Assembly: GCA_947499075.1 (NCBI GenBank)
Contig: CANMNA010000002.1
Location: forward strand, 1,287-65,286
DNA from: Myxococcales bacterium
Lineage (GTDB): Bacteria; Myxococcota_A; UBA9042
Direction: 5' to 3'
DNA length: 64,000 nucleotides
The notes beneath the pieces were generated by a model that was not told the DNA's origin, did not search any database, and saw only the letters and a list, made by a program, of their open reading frames with translations. A program made the translations under genes and the position numbers. Every line of letters begins with the position of its first letter. The first letter of the stretch is position 1. Of this stretch, positions 9,513 to 18,538 are shown piece after piece.

Positions 9513-11324
9513 ATGGTCGCGGCTTTTGCCCAGCGCTACGCCTTGCGCTACCTGCCGTACTACCTGGCTGGCCTGATTTTTTTGGCCCTGACCAACTACT
9601 TGACGGTGGCCATTCCGCGCCTGCAAAAAGAAGTGTTTGACGAGCTCGCCGGGGCCCGCAATGCCGAAGTGGTCCACACCAACGCGCTGTGGATTGCGGT
9701 GGCGGCGGTGGCGGTCATCGTGGTGCGCTGGCTGTCGCGCATCCTGTTCTTCAACCCTGGACGCACCATCGAGTTTCGCCTGCGCAACGACATGCTGTCC
9801 AAGCTTTTGGCCATGTCGCCGGCATTTTACCGCACGTGGCCGATCGGCGACTTGATGGCCCGCGCCACCGACGATGCCGCGTTTGTGCGCGCGCTGGTGG
9901 GGTTTGCCGTCATCATGGCCCTAAACATGGTCATCGCCGCCAGCATGGCGCTGTGGCAGATGTGGCACACCGACGCTTGGCTGACGGTGTACTGCGTGCT
10001 GCCGGCGCTGGCGGCAGTCTTGATCCTGCGCAAGGGCGTGATGTGGGCGATGGCCTACATCAAGCAGACCCAAGTGGCGCTGGGCAAAGTCAGCGCGTCG
10101 GTACTTGAAGCGTACAAAGGCATCAGCGTGGTCCAGGGCGCGGCCGCCGAGCAAGCATTTCTGGCCCGTTTCGATGCGGCCAATAGCAACTACACCCAAC
10201 TGAACCTGCGGCAGGCTGCGATTCGGACATTCTTGATGCCGGTGGTGGGCGTGGTCGGCAACCTGTGTATCTTCTTGCTGTTGTGGCAAGGCGGCCAGCA
10301 TGTGGTGGCGCGCCAGATTACGCTGGGCGACATGGCGGCCTACGCCAGCTACGTCGCGGTGCTCGTGGGTGCGCTGGCTTCGGGGGGATGGGTCGTCGGC
10401 GTGCTGCAGCGCGGCATGGTCTCGCTGCAGCGCTGCTGGGACATCGCTGAACTGCAACCTGATTTGGGCGATGGCCCCGAGCAGATGCCCCAGCGGCCGG
10501 GCGGCGTCCACCTGCGGGTCAACAACCTGACGGTGTTTCAGCCGGGCGCTGCCTGCGATACCTTGCCGGTGCTGCGCGACGTCAGTTTTGACCTGCCGCC
10601 CGGCCACGTGCTGGGCGTGTATGGCGCGGTGGGCTCCGGCAAGTCGACGCTGGTGGCGGCGCTGGCGCGGATGCTGCCCGTGGCGTCCGGCAGCATCACG
10701 CTCGACGGGGTGGCGCTGCCTGACGTGCGCGACGCCGACCTGCGGCGTGCGGTGGCGGTGGTTCCCCAAGAACCCTTTCTGTTTTCGCGCAGCCTCTGCG
10801 ACAACATTGGGTTTGACGATGCGGCCGCCGATGTCGACTTGGCGCGGGTGCAGGCAGCGGCCGACGACGCCCAGCTGACCGCCGAAATCGCGCGCATGCC
10901 GCAGGGCTTGGCGACGGTGGTCGGCGAGCGCGGCTTGCTGCTTTCAGGCGGCCAGCGCCAGCGGGCGCAGCTGGCCCGGGCGCTGTACCGCGGCGGCCGC
11001 TTGTTGATCCTCGATGACGTGCTCTCGGCGGTCGACCATGAGACAGAAGAGCGCTTGCTGGCGGTCATCCGCCGACGGGTGGCAGCGCAAGGCATGTCGG
11101 CGGTCGTCATCTCGCACCGGCTATCGGCGCTGGCCCAAGCCGATGAAATCCTGGTGTTGGGCGACCCGGCATCGGACCAGCGCGGTACGGTGGTCCAGCG
11201 CGGCAGCCATGGGCAATTGCTGGCACAGGCCGGCCTGTACGCCCAAGTCTGGGCGGCGCAAAAGCAGGCAGAGTCGGGTCTGGATCAGCCCAATTCTGAG
11301 GTCTTGTCGGCGGCTGCGGCCTAA
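9513..11324 (+). CDS. Fused permease/ATPase ABC exporter (MsbA/ABCB-like)
   Basis: An N-terminal 6-TM domain is followed by an NBD with Walker A GAVGSGKST, the signature LSGGQRQRAQLARAL and Walker B LLILDD. The ATG at 9513 sits just before TM1. Longer starts at 9168 or 9361 would translate the repeat arrays. Confidence 0.8.
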   Translation: MVAAFAQRYALRYLPYYLAGLIFLALTNYLTVAIPRLQKEVFDELAGARNAEVVHTNALWIAVAAVAVIVVRWLSRILFFNPGRTIEFRLRNDMLSKLLAMSPAFYRTWPIGDLMARATDDAAFVRALVGFAVIMALNMVIAASMALWQMWHTDAWLTVYCVLPALAAVLILRKGVMWAMAYIKQTQVALGKVSASVLEAYKGISVVQGAAAEQAFLARFDAANSNYTQLNLRQAAIRTFLMPVVGVVGNLCIFLLLWQGGQHVVARQITLGDMAAYASYVAVLVGALASGGWVVGVLQRGMVSLQRCWDIAELQPDLGDGPEQMPQRPGGVHLRVNNLTVFQPGAACDTLPVLRDVSFDLPPGHVLGVYGAVGSGKSTLVAALARMLPVASGSITLDGVALPDVRDADLRRAVAVVPQEPFLFSRSLCDNIGFDDAAADVDLARVQAAADDAQLTAEIARMPQGLATVVGERGLLLSGGQRQRAQLARALYRGGRLLILDDVLSAVDHETEERLLAVIRRRVAAQGMSAVVISHRLSALAQADEILVLGDPASDQRGTVVQRGSHGQLLAQAGLYAQVWAAQKQAESGLDQPNSEVLSAAAA

Positions 11325-11405
11325 GGTGCGCTTGCTCAACTGCGGGCAAATGCGGTAAGTGAACTGTCAACGCAGGTCTGCACTTGCGGCGAACCGGGAG
11401 AGACG

Positions 11406-13640
11406 ATGCGGTCAGCAGCAATAGGGTTGGCAGCGCTGTGCACAGCACTGTGGTGCGCGGCCTGTGACCAAGCGGGACCCACTGGACCAACGGTTGGCGC
11501 AGGGACAACCGGTGCAGATGGCGCGGCCGCGGTGGGCGCTGACAGCCAAGCGCGCACGGACGGTGCCGAGCCACCGCTCGACCAAGTGGACGCCGCAGAA
11601 CCGTTGGACACGGCACCAGCAGAAACTGTCGACACGGTGGTCGAGGCTGCGGCCGAAGTTGGACCCAAGCCCACGGGATGTGCCAGCGACTTTGACTGCG
11701 GCGCCGCGGGCGCCCATTGCGTGGCTGGCCAGTGCCTGTTTCACACCAAGTGCCAAAGCGACAAGCAGTGCCAAAGCGTCGGCCAAGTCTGCGACCCCAT
11801 CCTGGGCGAATGCGTGCCTTGTGCCGGCGACGCCGACTGCGCCAAAGGCACTACCTGCAAGGGCCATGTCTGCCTGCCGCTGCCGCAAAGCTGCGCCAGC
11901 ACCAAGGAGTGCCCCAACGGCCTGGTCTGCAACAAGGCCACCAGCCAGTGCGTGCTGTGCGCCACTTCGGCCGACTGCAGCAGCAACCAGGGCTGCCTCG
12001 ACACTGTGTGCGTGCCCAAGGTGTGCAAGACGGCCGAGACCAAGTGCATCGGGCTGATGACCGTGGGGACCTGCAACGGCGAGGGCACCGCATTTGAGGT
12101 CAGCGAGTGTGGCGCCGGCAAGCACTGCGCGGAGGGCAAGTGTGCGGTCCAAGCGTGCACCCCAGACAAGCTCGACTGCCTGGCCGCCAAGGTCACCAAG
12201 TGCAACTCAGCGGGCACCGCCACCACTGTCGTCAAAGATTGTAGCCAGCAAGGCCAGTTGTGCAACGCCGGCCAGTGCCAGGCCACCCAGGTTTGCTCGC
12301 CGGGCAGTGCCAACTGCAAAGACAGCCAACTGCAAGTGTGCGAAGCCGACGGCACCAGCTTTAAGAAGATCGCCTGCGCCAAGGGTCAGGTCTGCATCGG
12401 CCAAGCCTGCGTCGAACCCGTATGCTTGCCCGGCGCGGTGACCTGCACCGGCGACAAGGTGATGCAGTGCGATGCGGTCGGCAGCCAGTGGAGCATGGCC
12501 AAGAACTGCGCGGACAGCGGCCTGGTCTGCAAGGCCGGATTTTGCGCGGCGGGGTGCACGGCGGGCATGGTCACGGCGGCCAAGAATTACCCAGCGACCA
12601 GCCCGTTCAACCTGTCAGCTGTGGCGGCGTGCAGCGACGGCGGATGGGCCATGGGCGGCGCGATCGAGGGCGGCAAGGCCCTGTTGGTGCGCGCCGACTC
12701 GGGCGGCACCAAGCTGTGGGAGAAGGACTTTGGCTGGACAGGTGGCTACTTCACCGCCGTGGCCGCCACTGCCAATGGTGGCATCGCCGCCGTCGGCAGC
12801 TTGGTCGACAAGAACCTGCTGACCTGCGGCGCGCTGGTCCTGGCCAACGCCGACGGCAGCAGCATCGCCGACTTACCCCAATGTGAGAGTGCCAACCCGA
12901 GCGCCGGCAATTGGGTGTTTTTGGGCATCACCAAACGCCCAGACGGCGGCCTGTACTTGATCGGCTTTCGACGGGTCGGCAGTGTGTTCACCACCGAGGA
13001 CTTTCTGGTCGTGCGCGTCGACGCAGCGGGCAAGCAGATCTGGCAAAAAACTGCGGGCGGCACGCTGTCTGACCGGGCAACCGATGCAGTGGTGCTCGCC
13101 GATGACTCGGTCGTCGCGGTTGGCTACTCGACCGTGCCGGTAGCCGGCACGAGCACGACGCTGGGCGCGATGCTGACGCGCTTGGACGCCGCGGGAGGGC
13201 CGATGTGGACCAAGACCGTCGGCACCTACTTGAACAGCAACGCCAGCGCGGTGACATTGACCAAAGGCGGCGACCTACTGGTGGTCGGCCAAGCCCAAGC
13301 CAAAGACGCCAAGTCGCAGTCGTGGGTGGCGCAGTACGCCATCGATGGCACGCTGAAGTGGCAGACGGTGGTCGGCACCACGCTCAACGCGCTGCTGGTC
13401 GATGTGGTCACGCTGCCCGACGGGACGTTTGCGGCCTACCAGTTCATGACCGAGGCCGCACCCAACGTCTTGCACCTCGACGCCAGCGCAGCGATTCTGC
13501 ACACGGTGGCGTTGCCGGGGACCAAGGACCAGCAGGCCACCCAGCTGGCGGCGGCAGCGTCTGGCGATATGGCGGCTGCGGTCTATAGCCAGTATGCGCT
13601 GAAACAACCGGGCAAGCTGATGCTGCTGTGCGGTTGGTAA
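11406..13640 (+). CDS. Secreted cysteine-rich repeat protein (myxobacterial Cys-rich-repeat type) with a C-terminal beta-rich domain
   Basis: A signal peptide is followed by more than 12 tandem CxxxxC...C modules (GQC, GEC, KVC spacing), then a Gly/Thr/Val-rich region. GGAGAG lies upstream of the ATG. Confidence 0.7.
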   Translation: MRSAAIGLAALCTALWCAACDQAGPTGPTVGAGTTGADGAAAVGADSQARTDGAEPPLDQVDAAEPLDTAPAETVDTVVEAAAEVGPKPTGCASDFDCGAAGAHCVAGQCLFHTKCQSDKQCQSVGQVCDPILGECVPCAGDADCAKGTTCKGHVCLPLPQSCASTKECPNGLVCNKATSQCVLCATSADCSSNQGCLDTVCVPKVCKTAETKCIGLMTVGTCNGEGTAFEVSECGAGKHCAEGKCAVQACTPDKLDCLAAKVTKCNSAGTATTVVKDCSQQGQLCNAGQCQATQVCSPGSANCKDSQLQVCEADGTSFKKIACAKGQVCIGQACVEPVCLPGAVTCTGDKVMQCDAVGSQWSMAKNCADSGLVCKAGFCAAGCTAGMVTAAKNYPATSPFNLSAVAACSDGGWAMGGAIEGGKALLVRADSGGTKLWEKDFGWTGGYFTAVAATANGGIAAVGSLVDKNLLTCGALVLANADGSSIADLPQCESANPSAGNWVFLGITKRPDGGLYLIGFRRVGSVFTTEDFLVVRVDAAGKQIWQKTAGGTLSDRATDAVVLADDSVVAVGYSTVPVAGTSTTLGAMLTRLDAAGGPMWTKTVGTYLNSNASAVTLTKGGDLLVVGQAQAKDAKSQSWVAQYAIDGTLKWQTVVGTTLNALLVDVVTLPDGTFAAYQFMTEAAPNVLHLDASAAILHTVALPGTKDQQATQLAAAASGDMAAAVYSQYALKQPGKLMLLCGW

Positions 13641-13785
13641 GCGCACAGCGGTCGCGACAGTGGTTGCGCTGTAAGTTCAAGGCCGTGAACAATGGGTGCG
13701 TCCAATCGGACAACCTTGACCCCGCCCGCCCTAGAGCGTATCGTCCGCGGTTGGCCGATCGCTCAAAACCGGCTGCGGAGCCCCC

Positions 13786-15201
13786 TTGAAGAACTTCGTG
13801 CTCGACACCAATGTGCTGTTGCATGACAGCAACGCGCTGCGCAGCTTCACCGACAATGTGGTCAATGTCCCGATCTACGTGATCGAGGAGATGGACACCT
13901 TCAAGCGCGATCAGTCCGAGCTGGGTCGCAACGCCCGCCGCATCGCCCGAGAGCTGGACGAGTACCGGGCGCTGGGCAACCTGCGCGAAGGGGTGCCGCT
14001 GCCCAATGGCGGCATCATCCGGGTGGTGATGGCGCGCGCCGACATGCCCGGCCACTTCTCGGTCGGCCACACCATGGACGACGCGATCCTGTCGGCGGCG
14101 CTGTTCCTGCACCGCGACGAGCCGCACCGGCCAGCGGTGTTTGTGACCAAAGACGTCAATTTGCGCATCCGCGCCGACGCCTTGGGCCTACATGCCGAGG
14201 ACTACGACCGCCAAGAAATCGAAATGAACGACATGTACACGGGCAACGCCGAGCTGTCGGTGCCGGTTTCGCTCATCGATGCCCTGTATGCCGAAGGCGG
14301 CTTCGATGTGCGAGAGCTGGAGGACCTCAAGGGCAAATTTTGGCCCAATCAGTACCTGATCCTGCGCGGCGAGACCAACCACGGCAAGATGGCCTACGCG
14401 CGGGTCAGCAACGGTCGGGTCGAGCACCTGCGCGGCGCCAAACAAACGGTATGGGGGATCCAGCCTAAGAATTCCGAGCAGATGTATGCGCTGGACATGC
14501 TGATGCGCGACGATCTGCAGCTGTGCACCCTGGTCGGCAAGGCGGGTACCGGCAAGACGCTGCTGGCGCTGGCGGCCGGCCTGCAGTCGGTCACCGATCG
14601 CGAGGTGTACCGCAAGCTCTTGGTGAGTCGTCCAATTTTCCCATTCGGCCGCGACATTGGCTTTCTGCCGGGCGGCATCGAAGACAAGCTCAACCCGTGG
14701 ATGCAGCCGATCCACGACAACATCGACTTTTTGGTGTCCGCCCAGTTCGGTGGCAAGGACGCCAAAGAGGCCGACAAGAAAGAGCGCGACAAGGGTGACA
14801 AGGGTGACAAGGGCGACAAGGGCGACAAGGGTGACAAGATCAATGGCCTGCGCGGGGGCAAGGTCTGGAGCTACGACGAGCTGTCGAGCTCGGGCGTGCT
14901 CGAAGTCGAGCCGCTGACCTACATCCGCGGCCGCAGCCTGCCCGGCGTGTTCATGATCGTCGATGAAGCCCAGAACTTGACACCGCTGGAGATCAAAACC
15001 GTGTTGACCCGGGTCGGCCACGGCACCAAGATCGTGTTCACCGGCGACCCGTACCAGATCGACCAACCGTACCTCGACAGCCTGAACAATGGCCTGACCT
15101 ATGTGGTCGAGCGCTTCAAGAATCAGCCGATCGCCGCCCACATGACCCTGACCAAGGGCGAGCGCAGCCCGCTGGCCGAGCTGGCCGCCAACCTTCTGTA
15201 A
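13786..15201 (+). CDS. PhoH2 (N-terminal PIN domain fused to a PhoH-like ATPase)
   Basis: The PIN domain begins VLDTNVLLHD. The PhoH Walker A is GKAGTGKTLLALAAG. The start is TTG. An internal (KGD)n low-complexity insertion is present. Confidence 0.8.
   Translation: MKNFVLDTNVLLHDSNALRSFTDNVVNVPIYVIEEMDTFKRDQSELGRNARRIARELDEYRALGNLREGVPLPNGGIIRVVMARADMPGHFSVGHTMDDAILSAALFLHRDEPHRPAVFVTKDVNLRIRADALGLHAEDYDRQEIEMNDMYTGNAELSVPVSLIDALYAEGGFDVRELEDLKGKFWPNQYLILRGETNHGKMAYARVSNGRVEHLRGAKQTVWGIQPKNSEQMYALDMLMRDDLQLCTLVGKAGTGKTLLALAAGLQSVTDREVYRKLLVSRPIFPFGRDIGFLPGGIEDKLNPWMQPIHDNIDFLVSAQFGGKDAKEADKKERDKGDKGDKGDKGDKGDKINGLRGGKVWSYDELSSSGVLEVEPLTYIRGRSLPGVFMIVDEAQNLTPLEIKTVLTRVGHGTKIVFTGDPYQIDQPYLDSLNNGLTYVVERFKNQPIAAHMTLTKGERSPLAELAANLL
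14788..14838 (+). repeat. 9-bp tandem repeat (gacaagggy) x ~5.7 encoding DKGDKGDKGDKGDKGDK inside PhoH2
   Basis: Direct reading. The array is in frame with the CDS. Confidence 0.9.
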
Positions 15202-15227
15202 CTCAAACACATCACTTGGATATCCCC

Positions 15228-15953
15228 ATGCCACGCTTGATTTCGCGCGTTGTAGGCACAGCGGTCGCCACGCTGTTGATCTCGACTTGGACCGCGCCGG
15301 CCTGGGCGGGCAGCAAGGCCGTCAAGGCCCCGTCGGGCCACCCGATCGTGCGACTGGTTGCCGAGAGCCAGTCGGCCTCGCCCAAAGACATCACCCTGCT
15401 GGCAGTCGCCAACCCGCTGGATCGCGAAAACTTGGCCGGCTCGGCAGCTGTGGTGCGCTTAGACGATGGCCGCGACGGTGGCGTGCCGATTTGTTGGCTG
15501 ATCGAACTCGCGGGCAAAGCCTATGGTCCCGGCAAGATCGACAGCCAGTTCCAGCTGTCGGTCTGCCCCGCCGGCCCAGCCAAAGGTGTCCAACTGGCGC
15601 GCGTGGCGATCTCGGGACGCCACGAAGCCTGGCAAGTGCGGATCGAGTCGGCGCGCTATGACAGCAAGGCCCAAGGTGTCGAATCGGCCGCGCTGTGGGG
15701 CCTGTACGGCAAGTATGGCACCACCGAGACGCGCGCCCTGTGGGAGCGGACCTCGACCACGTTCAAGTCCAAGACCGATGTCACGATGAACCAAGCCGAG
15801 ACCTGCGGCACGCCAGAGATCACCGCAGGCAGCCAGGAGCCCGAAGCAGTCACGGTGCACTGTGACACCGAGACCATGCTGGGCAAACTGCCCAAGCGCG
15901 CCAAGCAGAGTTTTCGCTCGGCGTGGATGGGCGACCGCTATTCGATGAATTGA
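15228..15953 (+). CDS. Secreted hypothetical protein
   Basis: The signal peptide is MPRLISRVVGTAVATLLISTWTAPAWA. The TGA stop is supplied by the first unit of the 19-bp repeat array. Confidence 0.5.
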   Translation: MPRLISRVVGTAVATLLISTWTAPAWAGSKAVKAPSGHPIVRLVAESQSASPKDITLLAVANPLDRENLAGSAAVVRLDDGRDGGVPICWLIELAGKAYGPGKIDSQFQLSVCPAGPAKGVQLARVAISGRHEAWQVRIESARYDSKAQGVESAALWGLYGKYGTTETRALWERTSTTFKSKTDVTMNQAETCGTPEITAGSQEPEAVTVHCDTETMLGKLPKRAKQSFRSAWMGDRYSMN

Positions 15954-16041
15954 GGCGTGGGCTAGGAATTGAGGCGTGGGCTAGGAATTGAGGCGTGGGC
16001 TAGGAATTGAGGCGTGGGCTAGGAATTGAGGCGTGGGCTAG
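15947..16041. repeat. Perfect 19-bp tandem repeat x5 (gaattgaggcgtgggctag) lying between convergent genes
   Basis: Direct reading. It contains TGA/TAG in several frames. Its first unit gives the stop of the upstream gene and its last unit gives the TAG of the minus-strand HAD gene. Confidence 0.95.
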
Positions 16042-16700
16042 CCGGACCCAAAGCCGCCGGAGCTGGGTCCGAGCACCAAAAGCGGCAGTCGGGCGACGTC
16101 TTCCAGCACGTAGTCGGCGCCCAGACCGTGGGCCATGCGGCTGTTGTCGTGATCGATAAGCGCACACCGCAGCCCGGCATAGCGTGCGGTATCGCGGTCA
16201 ATGCCGGAACTGCCAAACAGCAACGTATCCTGCGTCGTGCCACCGCAGCGCTGCATCAGCTCTTCGGCCCCGGCCGGGTCGGGCTTGCGCGGCACCTCGC
16301 CATCACCGGCCAGCAAGAACAGCAGCCACTTGTCGATGCCCATCTTCTGGACCAGCCGCAGTGACGGCTCCTGAGGCTTGTTGGTCAAGATCGCCAGCTT
16401 GGCGCCGCCGCGCACCAATGTCTCCAGCACTTCGGCGATCCCCGGAAAAAGCTTAGCTTTGGCGCCCAGTCGTGCTTCGTAGCGCTCGCGAAAGGCGTGC
16501 AGGATATCGTTGATCTCGAGATCTGTCGGCACCGGCCCGGTGGCCACCAACGCCGCCTTGAGCAGTGACCGCAGGTTCTCGCCGGGCCACTCAGCCACCT
16601 GGGCCCGGGTCAGGGTCGGCCGCGCCATCGCCAGCAATTGGTCATTGAGGGCATCGGTCAGGTCGTCGAGCGTATCGACCAAGGTGCCGTTGAGGTCCAT
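16038..16700 (-). CDS. HAD-superfamily hydrolase (phosphoglycolate phosphatase-like)
   Basis: Motif I is DLNGTLVD at the N-terminus. ILTNKP and GDG...D motifs follow. The start is assigned to the internal ATG at 16700, just before motif I. Confidence 0.7.
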   Translation of the reverse strand: MDLNGTLVDTLDDLTDALNDQLLAMARPTLTRAQVAEWPGENLRSLLKAALVATGPVPTDLEINDILHAFRERYEARLGAKAKLFPGIAEVLETLVRGGAKLAILTNKPQEPSLRLVQKMGIDKWLLFLLAGDGEVPRKPDPAGAEELMQRCGGTTQDTLLFGSSGIDRDTARYAGLRCALIDHDNSRMAHGLGADYVLEDVARLPLLVLGPSSGGFGSG

Positions 16701-16757
16701 GATAACGACTGAGAATCTCACCGGCGCCTCGGGGCGCAGTGGGCACCCGCCCAAGCA

Positions 16758-17852
16758 GTGTGGAACAATGCCCTGCGATTGCCAAGCGGCGCAGGCCGCG
16801 CTAACGTGCGGGTGCGCCGAATGCTTGCCGACGCGGCTATCACGCACCCCTACGTATCCGATTTTGGCAGCAGCTCTGGAATGCGAGGCAAAAGCCCGAT
16901 GGTGCAAGGCTCCGGCGCAACCCATCACAGCTGCGGACCACTTCGTGACAATTTGGGGCACCGGGGCGCTGCCACGGCGCTGCTGCGCGCCCCGCATCTG
17001 GTCGGCCTGACGCTGACGTGCCTCGCGCTACTCGCCGTGCGCGCGGTACCGGCAGGGGCGTTGCCGGCTGGCACCCGCATCGAGACAAGCGACGACGGCA
17101 AGATCGTGCAGATCCCCGGTGAACCGCTGCCACAGCCCGGCGCCAAATTGCCGGTGCCCAAGGTCAAGCGCACCGCAGCCGACAAGCCGATTGCGACCAA
17201 GGCCCCTGAGGCGGCCAAGCCCGTCGCAGGTCCGCGCGAAGTAGAGACGATCGCACAGCCTGCCGTCGAGTTTGGCGGCGGCTACATCGTGTTGCCGGAC
17301 AGCGTGCTGCGCCTCATCGCAACCGCGCGCAACCCGGGTAAAGGACAACGCGATCAGCACCCTACGCTGCAGGGCCTGGTCATCGAAGGCGGCTACCGGA
17401 TGCCCGTGTCGCCGCGCAGCTGGATCGTGGTGCGCGGGGGCCTGATTCTGCCGATGGTCCCCGACCAGAATTGGTGGGCGGCCAAAGGCAGCCCCGCGCC
17501 GCTGTACACTGCGATCAGCGTGGTCGGTATCGACATCACGGCCGATTACCTGCGCCGATTTGAAGTCAACGCGGTGCTCGGCGTGCTGCTCCGCGGGGGC
17601 CTCGGTCTGCAAGTGGTGGCCGGTGGCGCGACCCAAACGGAGACGCTGCCCAACTGCGCGGCGAGCAAGGCCGCAACCTGTGCGACGTGGCGCACCTTGG
17701 GCAAGACTGAGGTGTGGCTGCCGCCGGTGCTGCCTGCGCTGCGGGCCACCGCTGGCCTTGATCTGCGGCTGAGCAAGGAACTGGCGCTTCAGGTCGAAGG
17801 CGGACTGCGCAGCGCCCCGTACCTGGGCGGTGGCTTTGCCTACTCGTTCTGA
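16758..17852 (+). CDS. Putative outer-membrane beta-barrel protein (start uncertain)
   Basis: There is an internal signal-like segment LTLTCLALLAVRAVPAGA. Amphipathic beta-strand segments alternate, and the C-terminus is GGGFAYSF with a terminal aromatic residue. Confidence 0.4.
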   Translation: MWNNALRLPSGAGRANVRVRRMLADAAITHPYVSDFGSSSGMRGKSPMVQGSGATHHSCGPLRDNLGHRGAATALLRAPHLVGLTLTCLALLAVRAVPAGALPAGTRIETSDDGKIVQIPGEPLPQPGAKLPVPKVKRTAADKPIATKAPEAAKPVAGPREVETIAQPAVEFGGGYIVLPDSVLRLIATARNPGKGQRDQHPTLQGLVIEGGYRMPVSPRSWIVVRGGLILPMVPDQNWWAAKGSPAPLYTAISVVGIDITADYLRRFEVNAVLGVLLRGGLGLQVVAGGATQTETLPNCAASKAATCATWRTLGKTEVWLPPVLPALRATAGLDLRLSKELALQVEGGLRSAPYLGGGFAYSF

Positions 17853-18204
17853 GCGCTTGCGGTAGCAGGATAACGAAAACGCCGAACCCGGAGAAGTTTT
17901 CCCCAGCGTCACCGGGTCCGGCGCCGTCCGTTCCCGCAAGTCCCAGCGGCCGGCTGGGCAACAGTGCGGTGAGTCTGGCGAGCGCAGCGCTCATAGCCCA
18001 AGCGCGCGGTCGGCAGAGCGGCCACCGTGGCGCACTGCAAAGAACCGTACAGTGGCTAGTTCAAGAGCCGTGCCAACGCAGTGATCCTTAATTTTCTATG
18101 GTTTTTTCAGAATTCGCACCGCGAACACCTGGCCACAGGCGTCGGGCGGACACTGGTCGGACACAAGCGCGTCGGCAATCAGACTGCGTCGGTTCAGACG
18201 ACGA

Positions 18205-18462
18205 CTACTTGAGCAATCGCTCTTTGGCAGTCTCTAACATCGCAGGGCGAAACGACTTCTTCAGGCGCAACAGCTTGTCGAATTTGGCGCGCTGCCGGGT
18301 CTCGAGCACTACGGTCATCGGCTTTTTGATTTCGCCATCGATCAACTGGTCGCTAAAATCGTAGAACTTCGACTTTTCTTCGCCAAAAGCCGCGCCCGCC
18401 GGGGCCAGAAAGGCCAGCGCAGTGGCGCCCAGAATTGCGGCTCGGACAGTCTTGCGGGTCAT
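18205..18462 (-). CDS. Small secreted protein (85 aa), GltF/NfsF-position gene, paralogous to 6301..6615
   Basis: The signal peptide is MTRKTVRAAILGATALAFLAPAGAAFG. It is the last gene of the TPR operon. Confidence 0.5.
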   Translation of the reverse strand: MTRKTVRAAILGATALAFLAPAGAAFGEEKSKFYDFSDQLIDGEIKKPMTVVLETRQRAKFDKLLRLKKSFRPAMLETAKERLLK

Positions 18463-18538
18463 GATCGGTTCCTCGGGTGGCGCGCTGCCGCCAACAGTCT
18501 AGGTCTTTGTCGCCAAAGTGCAACTGCCATGCAAGGTG

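Noticed and set aside
9207-16041. CRISPR array interpretation of the tandem repeats (9207-9500, 15947-16041)
   Set aside because: The units abut directly with no spacers, the units are 15-19 bp, and no cas genes are nearby.
17852-18205. Possible tRNA or small RNA in the 350-bp convergent intergenic gap
   Set aside because: No cloverleaf-compatible conserved positions (GTTC / TPsiC arm, CCA-proximal stem) were recognisable by eye. A gene here cannot be excluded without a tRNAscan or Infernal run.
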